In this document: positions 1 through 13,389 of the stretch, piece after piece
Layout of the letters: each line of letters begins with the position of its first letter
How positions within the stretch are numbered: the stretch's first letter is position 1
DNA from: Octopus sinensis
Taxonomy: Eukaryota
Length of the DNA stretch: 64,000 nt
Assembly (NCBI RefSeq): GCF_006345805.1
Contig: NC_043001.1
Location: 127,534,001 to 127,598,000 of the forward strand
Direction: 5' to 3'
Notes under the pieces: model-generated
Database searches by the model: none
Told to the model about the DNA's origin: nothing
Seen by the model: only the letters and a program-made list of their open reading frames with translations
Translations under genes and position numbers: made by a program

Positions 1-24
1 AACCCACCCACACAAACACACACA

Positions 25-26
25 CA

Positions 27-104
<78 letters not shown>

Positions 105-541
105 TACACACATACACACACGCACATACACATGCATGCACATACACACAGTCTTTATAATAAGTACTCAGGAAAAGAGCGACTAGCTGATCTTCTTCGG
201 CACCCAAGGTTTCCCTAAAAATGTCGTCGAACTTTTCCTCCACTAATCCTCTATAAAAGATAAAGTGGACTACCACCTATCGCTATGTCTGATTGGCTGA
301 GGGCTGTGAGCGCTTGAAGGCATTCCACTTTCCAAATGCTCCCCCTCGTAATAATAATAATCATTCCAGTCGCTGTAGGGGCACTCGGAGCACTAACTAC
401 AAAGTCATAAGAATTTAGAAACTTCGAGAGACGTGAAATAATTAGCTTTTAACGGTAAAACACGAAGTAGGTAAAGCTATAAATATAATCATTTATTTAT
501 GCCTCTGTGTGTGTGCGCGTGCGAGCGAGCATGTGTGTGTA

Positions 542-603
<62 letters not shown>

Positions 604-614
604 TGCGTGTGTGT
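25..614. repeat. (CT)n at about 26-99 and (GT)n at about 505-614. Other microsatellites at 1860-1975, 2428-2490, 7545-7645, 16228-16320, 17000-17068, 19815-19900, 25806-25898, 42176-42237
   Basis: Direct inspection. Confidence 0.9.
163..412. repeat. About 240-bp segment duplicated at 3552-3792
   Basis: Near-identical Tx1 piece plus the same (AAT)n junction and flank. Confidence 0.85.
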
Positions 615-698
615 ATTAGGATGGCTGAGCGGCTTAAGATGCCAGACTCATGTTCTGGCACACGAATGTCGGCGTGTGTTCGGATCCCACTTCTGGCA
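615..698 (+). pseudogene. tRNA-Leu(CAA)-like pseudogene, anticodon now CAT
   Basis: Follows the GTCAGGATGGCCGAG...CCAGACTCAAGTTCTGG...GTTCGAATCCCACTTCTGACA pattern with long variable arm; mismatches in acceptor and T stems; T-run at about 704-710. Confidence 0.75.
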
Positions 699-1863
699 GA
701 TAATTTTTTTCTATAGTTGCAGGCGTGTCTGTGTAGTAAGAAGTTTGCTTCCCAGCCACATGGTTCCGGTTTCAATCCCACTTAGCGGCACTTTGGGCAA
801 ATGTCTTCTACTATAGCCTCAGGCTAACTAAAGCTTTGTAAATGGATTAGGTAAACAGAAACTGAAAGAAGCCCATCGTTTGTGTGTGTATGTGTGTGCG
901 TGTTTGTCTCCCACTACTGCTTGACAACCGGTGTTGATGTGTTTACGTCCCGGTAACTTAGCGTTTCGGGCAAAGAGGCCGATGGAATAAGTATCAAGCT
1001 TAAAAAAATATAAATACATTCGACTGAAAACTCTTCAAGGCGTGCCCCAACATGTCTGAAGTTAAATGACTGAAACAAGTAAAAGAATAAAAGAAAATAT
1101 AAAATACGTATAGGCATATAAGATGTATATGCATATGGTGGCTGCCCCCTCGTTATCGAGTATGGCCATTGCACGAAGCTTAATCAATCTTGTTATCGTG
1201 CAATGCCCGTGCAAGACAATTTTTTTTAAAGTGAGGAAAGGCTGTGCACTGAGTCAATCCCACTCACTAAGCAACAACACCCATAATCCAAAATAAAAAC
1301 AAGTCAACATCATCGGTAACCACTGAGCCGCAGGTTTTATGTCGGAGTTATCCCAGTTTCCTGAGTTACCTTCTCCTAGAAGGATGCCCTAACAAAGGCT
1401 AGGAGTCCTTCATTCCTAATGGTTTAATCGCGCGATCGGGTATTCAGTCCGATTATTTCTATGTCCCCGCGCATGATACAGCCTTAAGGCATTTATTGGA
1501 TGGCCGTTGACTCTTAAGAGTTCCTCCGCCCTTTGAAACATATAGCCACATATATATAGGCATATAGGTGTGTGTGCACGTGTAGATGTATATATGTATG
1601 TATGTATTTTATTCTTTTGTTTTATTCATTTACTAGTTTCAGTCATTTGACTGCGGCCATGCTGGAGCACCGCCTAAAAGGGGTTTTTAGTCGAAGAAAT
1701 CGACCCCCAGGACTTATTCTATGTAAGCCTAGTACTTATTTTATCGGTCTCTTTTGCCGAACTGATACGTTATGGGGACGTAAATACACCAGCATCGGTT
1801 ATCAAGTGATGGTGGGGGAACAAACACTGACGCTATGACACACACATAAATATATACATATAT

Positions 1864-1974
<111 letters not shown>

Positions 1975-2422
1975 TACACACGATGTGCTTCTTTCAGTTT
2001 CCGTCTACCAAATCCACTCACAAGGCTTTGGTAGGCCCGAGGCTACAGTAGAAGATACTTGCTCAAAGTGCCACGCTGTGGGACTGAACCCAGAACAATA
2101 TGGTTGGGAAGCAATCTTCTTGCCACACTACTACGCCTGTGCCTATGTATATATCTATTTACGTAATGACATGGAAGCAGCATGACGAAGTGGTCAAGAA
2201 GTTTGCTTCACAATCACGAGCTCTCAGGTTCGATCTCTCTGCGTAGCATCTTGCGCAAGTGTCTTTAACCATTTGTAAGATTTGTAAGTAAAACTGCATA
2301 GATGGAAACTGTGAAAATCCATCAGAAGGTTAGTATTAACCCAAATATTATTACTATCATTAACAATCGTTTTCAAAATTGCTGGTACAAGGCCAACAAT
2401 TCTGAGATCATTTTGCTGATCC

Positions 2423-2465
<43 letters not shown>

Positions 2466-3059
2466 TAATAATAATAATAATAATAATAATGGGCTACAGC
2501 AAATATTCTGCTCAATACCACAGATTTGCTTGTCAGTTGTTTGACCTTAACCAGTTGAGCATGTCCCTTAGTGGCTGACGATATGTGCATCTCTGATCAC
2601 GAGCAGAAGTAGTGGGGGAGCATCATAGCCATGTGTTGAGAGGGATTCTTTGGGGTTTGAATAATTCACCTCTGGAAACATGGGTGGTTTTTTTCAACAT
2701 CCTTAAACAACCCTTATTCAGGGACCGTTTGAGCGGGATGGGCTACTCAACCTGAAGAAAATTCTAACTGGGCCCCACCTGCAAGGTCATGTGCGGTTTA
2801 TCTTGATATGAGATCACTATGTCGCGCACATTTGGTTGTGATGCATGTGCCTGGTGTACCCTTATCAGACGGGTTGTCATGATGGGTATATTGGGCTTCG
2901 TATATTTTACCCCAGTGTCACTTTGATAGCATGAACTGCTCTCTCACTCAATAATAATAATAATAAGTGAAGTGAAAGCACTCTATAAAAATAAAACTAC
3001 TGAATAATAATAATAATAATATTTTGGGACTGTTACCTTTTTCCTTTCCATTTTTCCAA

Positions 3060-3745
3060 TTACAGGGCACCATTCTCGCCACTTTCATCCACCTTTCAGC
3101 AAACTGGCTAGAAGATAACACTTTCCTCTCTACCATTATTTTCCTTTTCAAGTGAAACTTGAAGAAGTTTATCAGAGATTGACCAAAGAGAAAAGCGTTT
3201 GACTTCAGCCCTTTCAATATCATCCACCATACAACCTCTTTCGCCATGGCCACTAGGCATATAAAGCAGCCTTTCCTTTCCGGTTAATGGAAGGCAGCGG
3301 GGCGATTTTCACAATGGATTCAGTTAACAGCCGGATCCGTCCCATACGTGACAGTAGGTGTTCGATATAAACCCACAGGTCAGCAATGCTCAGGCACTGG
3401 ACGAGTGCATGCAGGACCGTCGTCCTGTGCGCATCTCAGGCATGCTCGACTGACAGCACTTCCGTACCTGTAAAGTTTATCTTGAAGATCCCCGGTAGCA
3501 CTGTCAAGCCAGAGATTTTTGGAAATTATTCATTGGTCCCGGCCCGAAAATTCTCAGGAAAAGAGCGGCTAGCTGATCTTCTTCGGCACCCAAGGTTTCC
3601 CTAAAAACGTCGTCGAACTTTTCCTCCACTAATCCCCTATAAAAGATAAAGTGGACTACCACCTATCGCTATGTCTGATTGGCTGAGGGCTGTGAGCGCT
3701 TGAAGGTATTCCACTTTCCAAATGCTCCCCCTCGTAGTAATAATA
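3060..3745 (-). mobile_element. Tx1/L1-clade LINE ORF2 C-terminal relic
   Basis: Broken translation NNFQKSLA*QCYRG...VLHALVQC...AMAKEVVWW...FFKFHLKRK, typical of the zf-RVT region and C-terminus. Confidence 0.7.
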
Positions 3746-4235
3746 ATAATCATTCCAGTAGCTGTAGGCGCACTCGGAGCACTAACTACAAAATTCGAGA
3801 AATATGTCAGAGAAATCGGAATTGATATGAGAGCAGAGCGAGCCCCAAAAAGCAGTTCTGCTGGGGACAGCTAAGACATGAGATTGGTATTTGGATGTTG
3901 AATGTCTCCCACGATAATTAACAACTAAGTATCATAGCTTATAATGTGCTGAAATACACCCTTTGATACCTCTGACAACAGGTTAATCAAGAACTGCAAA
4001 AGAGGGGAAAGAAAGTCTTAGTTTCTCATCTTGTATCCAAGCTACCAACTGATGCTAGCTCTTATCTAAACAATCCTAAATAATCTCAATTGTTTGCTCT
4101 ACTAGTTCATTCGATAACAATGACAGCTCATGTATATTTACAACATTGGAGCCCATTCTGGCTATTTTTATCATAGCAGGTAATTAAACCGGCTACTTTG
4201 CTTTAATCTCACGCTCTCACATACATACACCTACA

Positions 4236-4372
4236 CATGTAAACACATATAAACATACATACACGCACACGCACACATATAAACATACATACACGCACAC
4301 GCACACATATAAGCATACATACACGCACACGCACACATATAAACATACATACACGCACACGCACACATATAT
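4236..4372. repeat. 30-bp minisatellite, about 4.5 units; resumes near 4595-4630 beyond a SINE B
   Basis: Unit ACACGCACACGCACACATATAAACATACAT. Confidence 0.9.
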
Positions 4373-5269
4373 ATTTCTTTACTACCCACAAGGGGCTAAA
4401 CATAGAGAGGACAGACAAACGGATTAAGTTGATTACATCGACCCCAGTGCGAAACTGGTACTTTTATTTATCGACCCCGAAAGGATGAAGGGCAAAGTGG
4501 ACCTCGGCGGAATTTGAACTCAGAACGTAACGACAGACGAAATACCGCTAAGCATTCCGCCCGGTGCGCTAACGTGTATGTATAATCATACATACATACA
4601 CGCACACGCACACATATAAACATACATACATACAAACTTACAAACAAAAACCTACATACATACATACATACACACATATAGTTAATTATAAACTAATTCG
4701 TACACATTATATTGTTGCTTGTTATATTTAGACGAATGAATTTAATACAATGAAATTGAGTTTGAGGGGTTGCGGCCACATCAAGGTCTTGGTTGAGATC
4801 GTATCGAGGCCAGACACGATACTATGCACGAGTATCCTGTGGGATAACATACATTTCCGAGTTGAAATCTCATTTGTATGGCAGATGTAGTGTGATGAGT
4901 TGTGTGTATGTGAGTGTGAGTGTGTGTGTGTGCGCGCGCCCGTGTGTGTGTGAGTGTGTGTGTGTGTGCGCGCGCCCGTGTGTGTGTGTGTGAATTTGTT
5001 TATTAGTATTTTCACATAAATCGGTCAGGGTCGAGCAATGCTATGATCCATGACGTTCTAGCCATGACCATTCTATCTATTTTTAGTATTAGGCTTAGTA
5101 CACTCCGGACTACATTGTTTAATTTTTTTTTATTTTTTCAAAATAAGGACGAAAGATCGACTGTTCGTGCTAGTATCTCATGAAAAACGCTACGTTGAGT
5201 CTCTGGCAATGACATTTAAAAAAATCATAATTCAATTTGTTATACACACACACATGTCTGTCTGTTTGT

Positions 5270-5301
5270 ACGTATGTAGGTAGGTAGGTAAGTAGGTATC
5301 C

Positions 5302-5380
<79 letters not shown>

Positions 5381-5384
5381 ATCC

Positions 5385-5415
<31 letters not shown>

Positions 5416-5662
5416 TTGATAGATATGCATGTATGGATGGATGTGTATGTATGTATGTATGTATGTATGCATGCATGTATGTATGTATGTATGCATGTAT
5501 GTATGTATGCATGCATGTATGTATGTATGTATGTATGCATGTATGTATGTATGTATGTATGTATGTATGTATGTATGCATGCATGCATGCATGTATGTAT
5601 GTATGTATGTATGTATGTATGTATGTATGTATGCATGTATGTATGTATGTATGTATGTATGT
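5270..5662. repeat. Compound microsatellite (TA)n-(CAGA)n-(ATGT/ATGC)n
   Basis: Direct inspection. Confidence 0.95.
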
Positions 5663-5989
5663 GAATTTCTTCAGACACCTGAGAGACTGTACTTCCAGAA
5701 ACGTTATTTCGTGAAGCTACTTAGAGTAGCTAATCACGTACTTGTGAACCTCAAAGACTGTCTTTTCTGTGCTGCGAGCACTTTTTGCATATTTCGATAT
5801 AATTTACGCGACATTAATTTTCGGACATAAGAGAATGCATATTTTAACATCACCTTGGAGAATCCCTTCAAGCTTTTTCACGCAAATTTTCTTGTGCAAA
5901 GGTATCAAGCATTAGTCCAATAAATATTATCCTTCAAGAAGCCTTTCTTTACTTGGAAAAAATTTTTCGGATGAAAATACATTCAAAGA

Positions 5990-7490
5990 AAATAATGCTT
6001 TTAGTTCGAAGGGAGAAAGATAATGGCCCTCAACCTGAGAAAAATAGCTGTCGGTTTGAAAATTTTGAAGCCTACAGTGCAATAATGTGTTAAAGAATGA
6101 TTGTAACCGGAAGATGAAGAAGAAGAGAGAAAGGAAAAAGTGAATTGGGAAGAGAACTCAAAGACGAATGAAGGTGACTGTCTTTCGTGTACTGGTAGCT
6201 GGAGAAATGGCAATGACACGGAAGGTAAAGGAGAAATGTAAAATAGATGTAAATATTCGAACAGTTCAAAGAATGGAAAGGCCAAGTATGGAAAAGGCCA
6301 AGAGGAAAATTCATTTCAGCAAAAAAACACAAGAAGACAAGGTTAGACTGCACAAAATAAAAGCTAACTATTGTTGATTTTTATCAAAGCAATTTTTACT
6401 GAGAAACGATTTATGTTCTTGGTCAAGTAAAGGTGAACCATTGACGCTGTAAAAAAAGGCAGTTGGATGGAGGTGGAGTAAGGGTATGGGACATGGTCTT
6501 TCCAGGTGGATATTTTTAGTTGGAGTGGTTGAAACGAAGGTAGAACAGTATACTCTTTTACTCTTTTACTTGTTTCAATCATTTGACTGTGGCCATGCTG
6601 GAGCACCGCCTTTAGTCGAGCAAATCGACCCCGGGACTTATTCTTTGTAAGCCCAGTACTTATTCTATCGGTCTTTTTTGCCGAGCCGCTAAGTGACGGG
6701 GACGTAAACACACCAGCATCGGTTGTCAAGCAATGCTAGGGGGACAAACACAGACACACAAACACACACATACATATATAAACATATACATATATACGAC
6801 AGGCTTCTTTCAGTTTCCGTCTACCAAATCCACTCACAAGGCATTCGTTGGCCCGGGGCTATAGCAGAAGACACTTGCCCAAGATGCCACTCAGTGGGAC
6901 TGAACCCGGAACCATGGGGTGGTTAGCAAGCTACTTACCACATTCAGGATTCCCAGGCATCAATGTTTCTAGCTCCTTAGCTGTTATCAATAGGAAGTAC
7001 CTAAGAGAGGTAACTCAGGACAGACCTAATAAAGCTATTGCTTTATCTAAGATTTATCATCCCGTGGCCGACCAGACTATCAGATGTTACACATTGCTGA
7101 TCACAATGGGCTTTGCATTGAGATTTGTCTCATATTAAAGAAATGGGAGATAATTTTATCCTCTAACAGGATAACTACAACACTCACGTGTCAAAATCAG
7201 TCAAATAATGGACCGAGACATGATATTAAGTCTACTGGAATGACTGGCGAGAAGTCCGGATTTGTACTTCATCGAGAATAAATAGGAAATGTTGGTACAG
7301 CTTGTATATAACAGACCAAAAGTAACAAGTAAGGCAGAATTATGGAAACAGATTTTGGAGCCGAAAGAAGACCGATAGAAACAAAACGAGATGTTACAAT
7401 GAACATGTTTATCCGTTTATCCAGTACAATGAACGGATAGTGCAAGTGATCGAAAGGAAAGGCGACTGTGTGGACTACTGAGGTCGAGCG
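5990..7490 (+). mobile_element. Highly degraded Tc1 transposase relic interrupted by SINE insertions at about 6551-7130
   Basis: Fragments NIRTVQR, AIFTEKRF, LARSPDLYFIENK*EMLVQLVY and IVQVIERKGDCVDY* occur in Tc1 order. Confidence 0.65.
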
Positions 7491-7542
7491 GTATTGTCCC
7501 AAAAATATTGTCACATGATTTAAACATTTTCATAAAATGCTA

Positions 7543-7586
<44 letters not shown>

Positions 7587-7716
7587 ATATATATAATAAT
7601 ATAATAATAATAATAATAATAATATAATAATAATAATAATAATATTAGGGAGTATAACTCCAAACTTACAGGGAAAAGTTCATTTTAGTATTAAATCAAA
7701 TTTCACAGTATAGGTA

Positions 7717-8343
7717 TATAAAATATAAATCTCTCTATATATAAACGGCAGTTTGTCTGTGTGTGTTTCTGTGTGTCTGTTAGGTTGTACCCTCACCCTG
7801 ACCACGGCTTTCAACCGATTCTGATGAAACTTGACACACACATAGCCCAATATCATAATTCAAAACTAACGCAGCGAAAATTTTGAAAAGTTCCCCCAGT
7901 TCTGAAAAAAACCGATAAATTCGACATGGGGTCGAGAATCAGAAACACAAACCACAGACTGTCTAGGGGACGCAACTCAACCTTTTTAACTAAAAAAAAA
8001 ATTACCATCATTTTTTTTCCATTTTTTGGCTATAACTCTCTAAAAATGCTTTATAGTTATTTCCTTTACAAACCCGAGCAACGCCGGGCGATACTGCTAG
8101 TTAGAGATAAAACCACTATTATGCAACTCAAACAGTGATAGACATAAACCAATACATAAATTACCAATATATATATATAGTTTTTTTTAATATATAACTT
8201 ATAACTAGATCTCAAAAAGTATAAAATGAATGATAAATATATAAAAAAAACATTATATATACATTGGTTATTTATGTATTGGTTTATGTCTATCATTGTT
8301 TGAGTTGCATAATAGTGGTTTTATCTCTAATTTATATTTTATA
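7717..8343. mobile_element. Foldback/MITE-like element with ~80-bp inverted arms; left arm split by the Helitron
   Basis: 8101-8169 is the reverse complement of 8263-8330; 7717-7729 complements 8331-8343; related arm near 20045-20090. Confidence 0.7.
7730..8100 (+). mobile_element. Non-autonomous Helitron
   Basis: 5' TC, subterminal hairpin CCCGAGCAACGCCGGG, 3' CTAG, inserted between A and T with no TSD. Confidence 0.85.
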
Positions 8344-8639
8344 TATATATATATATTAGACCTGACACTGTATATTAACCAGTGTTGTTCAAACGATAAA
8401 TAGCCTTCGCGTAAACCACTGGTTCGTTTTGTTCTCTTACTTTACCTTTATGACTCGTATTACTACCTCAGTCAATCTAAATGTATATATTTGTCACTAC
8501 CTGTCATAGATAGCCTTTTTCTATTTGCAATATGCATTTTCGTTGATTTTTCATATTTTACCCTAACATTTCCACGTGTATTTTATATTTTCTTTTCGTA
8601 ACATATATCTACTATATATATATATATCAGCAAAGTCTC

Positions 8640-9010
8640 TTTCAAACTGAGCTCTGCAGGCTTAGGAAAAGAGAGGCCATATTTTGCAGTAATCCTTACG
8701 ATCCATCTTCTCCGCCCATTAATCTTGAGGCGGTTGTAGGGGTAGAAACCTGAGACACCCTCTCCAAAGGGTCTTCTTATCCATCATTACGCCTTCTGAT
8801 TGGATATCCAAGCTTGACCAACTTAGACTATGAATATTAACCAAGCATCTCGTTCTTGGTCTACTCTAGGTCTCTTGCCGGTTGACTCGACTTGAAGAAT
8901 CCTTTTTTCGATCCTTTCCTGCGACATTCTAATCACATGTCCATCTTACCAGAGCTGTGACTTCTCAATGCTGAGAAGTAGCGACTCAATCTGGAATGAT
9001 TCCCTGTTCG
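8640..9010 (-). mobile_element. RTE-like LINE 3' relic (related relics at about 20940-21240, 36215-36380, 45770-46330, 52960-53330)
   Basis: Broken translations [36 protein letters not shown]; (GAA)n tail near 52970. Confidence 0.6.
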
Positions 9011-10551
9011 CCAAGTTACGCCCCTGTTCTCCAAGCTACGCACATTGTCAAGTAAACGTTACTCCAGAGATCCCAGCTATACCTTCAAAAAAAGAACTTG
9101 TGGAGACATTTGGGAAGTCTTTGATTAAAGGTCTGCTTGATAAGGGCTAACCAGGGGTTAAACAACAACAGCAACTGCTTACGATCATCTCACAGCTATT
9201 AACACTACAATTCTCACAAGTATCACTCACATACATACAGTCACTACTACCATATCACCATTTGCATCTCCACTAACACTACTACTACTTACTACTACTA
9301 CTACCACTACTACAGCATTAATTAATTAATCTTGCAATTCAAGCACTTAAACCTTCATTAATGTCAGTCTGTTTTAAATCTATGTTCTCAACTTGTAAAG
9401 CTATTTTCGTGCGAAGTTACGAAAACAAAATATTGATTTAAATTGAAGCAACATCAATGCCTGTTTTTTTTTTTCTGCGGGGACAATGCGTATAGTTGGC
9501 TGAACCAAGCATAGCATATAACTGGTATGTACGCTATCAACGTAGTCCACACAAAGAACAAGACTAGTTCCGATAGATTTTAGATTCATATTTTACATCA
9601 GAAATACGATATTGACGTACTGTCCTTTATGGTAATTTATCCTATCGACGCAATGCCTGAGCTTGTATCTGGTCCACCTACCAGAAACAGAAACCAAATC
9701 TCCCCAAATTTACACTGTCTTAATTCTTTCCCGTTCATGCACAAGGCCAACAATTTTCATGGGAAGGGCAAGTCAATTGCACCAACCCAACTGATGCATA
9801 TGTTATCGACTCCGAAAGGATAAAAAGGTAAAGTCGACCATGGCGGAATTTGAACTCAGACAGTAAAGAAACGGAAGAAATACCTATTTCTTTACTACCC
9901 ACAAAGGGGTTAAACACAGAGAGGACAAACAAGGACGGACAAACGGATTAAGTCGATTACATCGACCCCAGTGCGTAACTGGTACTTATTTAATCGACCC
10001 CGAAAGGATGAAAGGCAAAGTCGACCTTGGCGGAATTTGAACTCAGAACGTAGCGGCAGACGAAATACCTATTTCTTTATTACCCACAAGGGGCTAAACA
10101 CAGAGGCAACAAACAAGGACAGACATAGGTATTAAGTCGATTACATCGACCCCAATTCGTAAGTGGTACTTAATTTATCGACCCCGAAAGGATGAAAGGC
10201 AAAGTCGACCTCGGCGGAATTTGAACTCACAACGTAACGCAGACGAAATACCGCTAAGCATTTCATCCGACCTACTGACAATTCTGCAGACTCACCACCG
10301 TCACTGTCTTAAATAATAAGGGCTTCTTTGTACAATGGGGTATTCTTTCATTCTTTTACTTGTTTCAGTCATTTGACTGCGGCCATGCTGGGGCACCACC
10401 TATTAGTCGAGCAAATCGACCCCCAGGACTTATTCTTTGTAAGCCCAGTACTTAGTCTATCGGTCTCTATTGCTGAACCGTTAATTACGGGGACGTAAAC
10501 ACACCAGCATCGGTTGTCAAGCGATGTTGGGGGACAAATACAGACACACAA

Positions 10552-10615
<64 letters not shown>

Positions 10616-11053
10616 TATATATACACACGACGAGCTTCTTTCAGTTTGTGTACGTTGAACAAAATGCTTAGGAGCATTTCTTCTTGTTTTGTTTTTTGCT
10701 TCTTTTTAATTTTTTTTTTTTGTTCTGAATTCAAAATTCGCCGTTGTCGAGTTTGCGTTTCATCCTCTTCAGGGTCAATAATATAAATACCAGTTGAGTA
10801 ATGGGGATCGATGTAATCCATTAATCTCTCCCCTCAAAATTTCTAGCATTGAGCCAAATTTAGAAATAAGTTATTATTTTTATTAGCACGCTGGACGAAA
10901 CGCTTAGCGGTATTTCGCCGAGGTCGACTTTGCCTTTCATATTTTCGGGGTCAATTAAATAAGTACCAGTCACGCACTGAGGTCGATGTAACCGACTTTA
11001 TCCCTTCCCCCAAATCTGAAGCCTTGTGCTTCCAGTTGAAAGGATTGTTGTTG

Positions 11054-11055
<2 letters not shown>

Positions 11056-11120
<65 letters not shown>

Positions 11121-11179
11121 CTGCATGTTTGTTGCAATAATTTGTCGAGACACACCCATTATTATTATTATTATTATTA

Positions 11180-11224
<45 letters not shown>

Positions 11225-11272
11225 TATTATTATTATCTGCATGTTTGTTGCAATAATTTGCCGAGACACACC

Positions 11273-11327
<55 letters not shown>

Positions 11328-11357
11328 ATTATAATCATCATCATCATCATCATCATT

Positions 11358-11391
<34 letters not shown>

Positions 11392-11600
11392 CCATTATCA
11401 TCATTATTTTTGTTTTATTACTATTTTTCAGTTTTATGGTTGATTTTTATCCTTTCATTTCAAAAATTGATACAAAATGTAAAGTGAATTATCGGAATAA
11501 TTCTCTAACCAGTCCGATTGGCTTTACAACTCATCTCCATACCGGGTCAATGAAATCAATAACATAAACACCAGAGACCAATATTTACACTTGCCAATTC

Positions 11601-11639
<39 letters not shown>

Positions 11640-11645
11640 GTGGTG

Positions 11646-11695
<50 letters not shown>

Positions 11696-11825
11696 GGTGG
11701 TGGTGGTGGTGGTGGTGGGTTTGGTGGTGGTGGTGGTGGTTGTGGTGGTGGGGGGTAGTGGTGGTGGTGGTGGTGGAGGTAGTAGTATAGTAGTAGTAGT
11801 AGTATAGTAGTAGTAGTAGTAGTAG
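11056..11825. repeat. Trinucleotide block (TAT)n/(CAT)n/(GTA)n/(GTG)n including a 116-bp tandem duplication
   Basis: 37-bp unique spacer CTGCATGTTTGTTGCAATAATTTG(T/C)CGAGACACACCC at 11121 and 11237. Confidence 0.9.
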
Positions 11826-12486
11826 TTTGTTTTTGTGTTGTTTTGTTTTTCGTTTATTCATTTTATTGATTCGTCTAAAGTTGATGTATCAGTCGAATTA
11901 CTGAAAATGTTTGACTTTTTTTCATATCATACGTTAACCTACAATTACAATACAAGCGATGACTACTCAGTGGAACATTATAGAGAAATCCATGAAAGGT
12001 TTGCTTTCAAAAAAAACAAAATGCAACAGATATCAATATGGAAGATTCTAAAAACATTATTTCTTTTTTTATTAATGTCATTATTATTTGTGACTCTTAT
12101 ACTCTAATAATCAATTACGGCTTGGGAGCTCTAAATATTCTTTTAAAAGAAACATGATAGGAATACAATGGTTTCTCACAAGGTGGTTGTCAGGTAAAAA
12201 TAACACAACAATACGACAGATGTCATTCAATTCATTTCGTTTACTCGACTTTTATGACGTGTGCTGAATTAATGCATATAGTATCGTCCAGAAGTTTCAA
12301 CATACACACTCACATACATACACACACAGACACACGCATATATATCATATGTATATGTGTGTGTGACTGTGTGTGTATGTGTGTGTGTGTGTGTGTATTT
12401 ATTTATATATGTATATATGTGACCGCGTGTGTACCGTTGGCGATTTTTCCTCTGTCTTCCCTTCTCTGGATCTTTCCTTCTCGTAT

Positions 12487-12521
12487 GTTTCCGACGAAGA
12501 GCTCCGCTCGAAACGTTAAAC
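12487..12521 (+). ncRNA. Hammerhead-like motif in a Penelope-like fragment (about 12425-12610); core mutated CUGA to CCGA
   Basis: GUUU-CCGACGA-A-GAGC(UCC)GCUC-GAAAC-GUU-AAAC; helices I and II pair perfectly. Confidence 0.6.
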
Positions 12522-12611
12522 CCTCCTTCATTCCTGAGCGTCAAATAATACTATATTTGTTCCACGTCCTCGCGTTGTTGTGTTTTTTTGTGCTTTCTTG
12601 TTTGGATTAAC

Positions 12612-12642
<31 letters not shown>

Positions 12643-12810
12643 TCCGTGATGGTAAGATCACTAAAAATAATGTACCCCATCTGGTGAGAGATAAATATTA
12701 TTTAATAGGCACAATACATGTTTTTATGTCCTACAAATAGTTTCATATGTTGAGAAATACCTCAAACATATTCATCAGTCACAAACCACATATAACGAAC
12801 TAAAAATTCA

Positions 12811-13389
12811 TTTCTACTCTAGGCACAAGACCCGAAACTTTTGGGAAGGGCCCAGTCGATTAGATCGGCCCCAGTACGCAACTGGTACTTAATTTACCAA
12901 CCCCGAAAGGATAAAAGACAAAGTCGACCTCAGCGGAATTTGAACTCTGAACGTAGCGGCCGACGAAATACCTATTTCTTTACTACCCACAAAGGGCTAA
13001 ACACAGAGAGGACAAACAAGGACAGACAAACGGATTAAGTCGATTATATCGACCCTAGTGCGTAACTGGTACTTATTTAATCGACCCGAAAAGATGAAAG
13101 GCAAAGTCGACCTCGACGGAATTTGAACTCAGAACGTAGCGACAGACGAAATACCTATTTCTTTACTACCCACAAGGGGCTAAACACAGAGAGGACAAAC
13201 AAGGACAGACAAACGGATTAAGTCGATTATATCGACCCCAGTGCGTAACTGGTACTTATTTAATCGACCCTGAAAGGATGAACGGCAAAGTCGACCTCGG
13301 CGGAATTTGAACTCAGAACGTAGCGGCAGATGACATACCGCTAAGCATTTCGCCTCGGCGTGCTAACGTTTCTGCCAGCTCGACGCCTT
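12811..13389 (-). mobile_element. SINE family B head-to-tail trimer
   Basis: Head GGCG.CG.GCTGGCAGAA plus repeated ~183-bp units. Other B loci: 4372-4575, 9741-10298, 10690-11045, 15985-16170, 26510-26883, 27100-27312, 32098-32311, 50721-50955, 52223-52432, 53690-53880, 54479-54643, 62573-62810. Confidence 0.9.

Noticed and set aside
7818-7835. CTGATGAAAC hammerhead-like core
   Set aside because: No helix II between the motifs; internal Helitron sequence
9494-9530. Plus-strand mini-exon LAEPSIAYNW (tatag|...|gtatgt)
   Set aside because: Too short, with no recognisable homolog or linked exons
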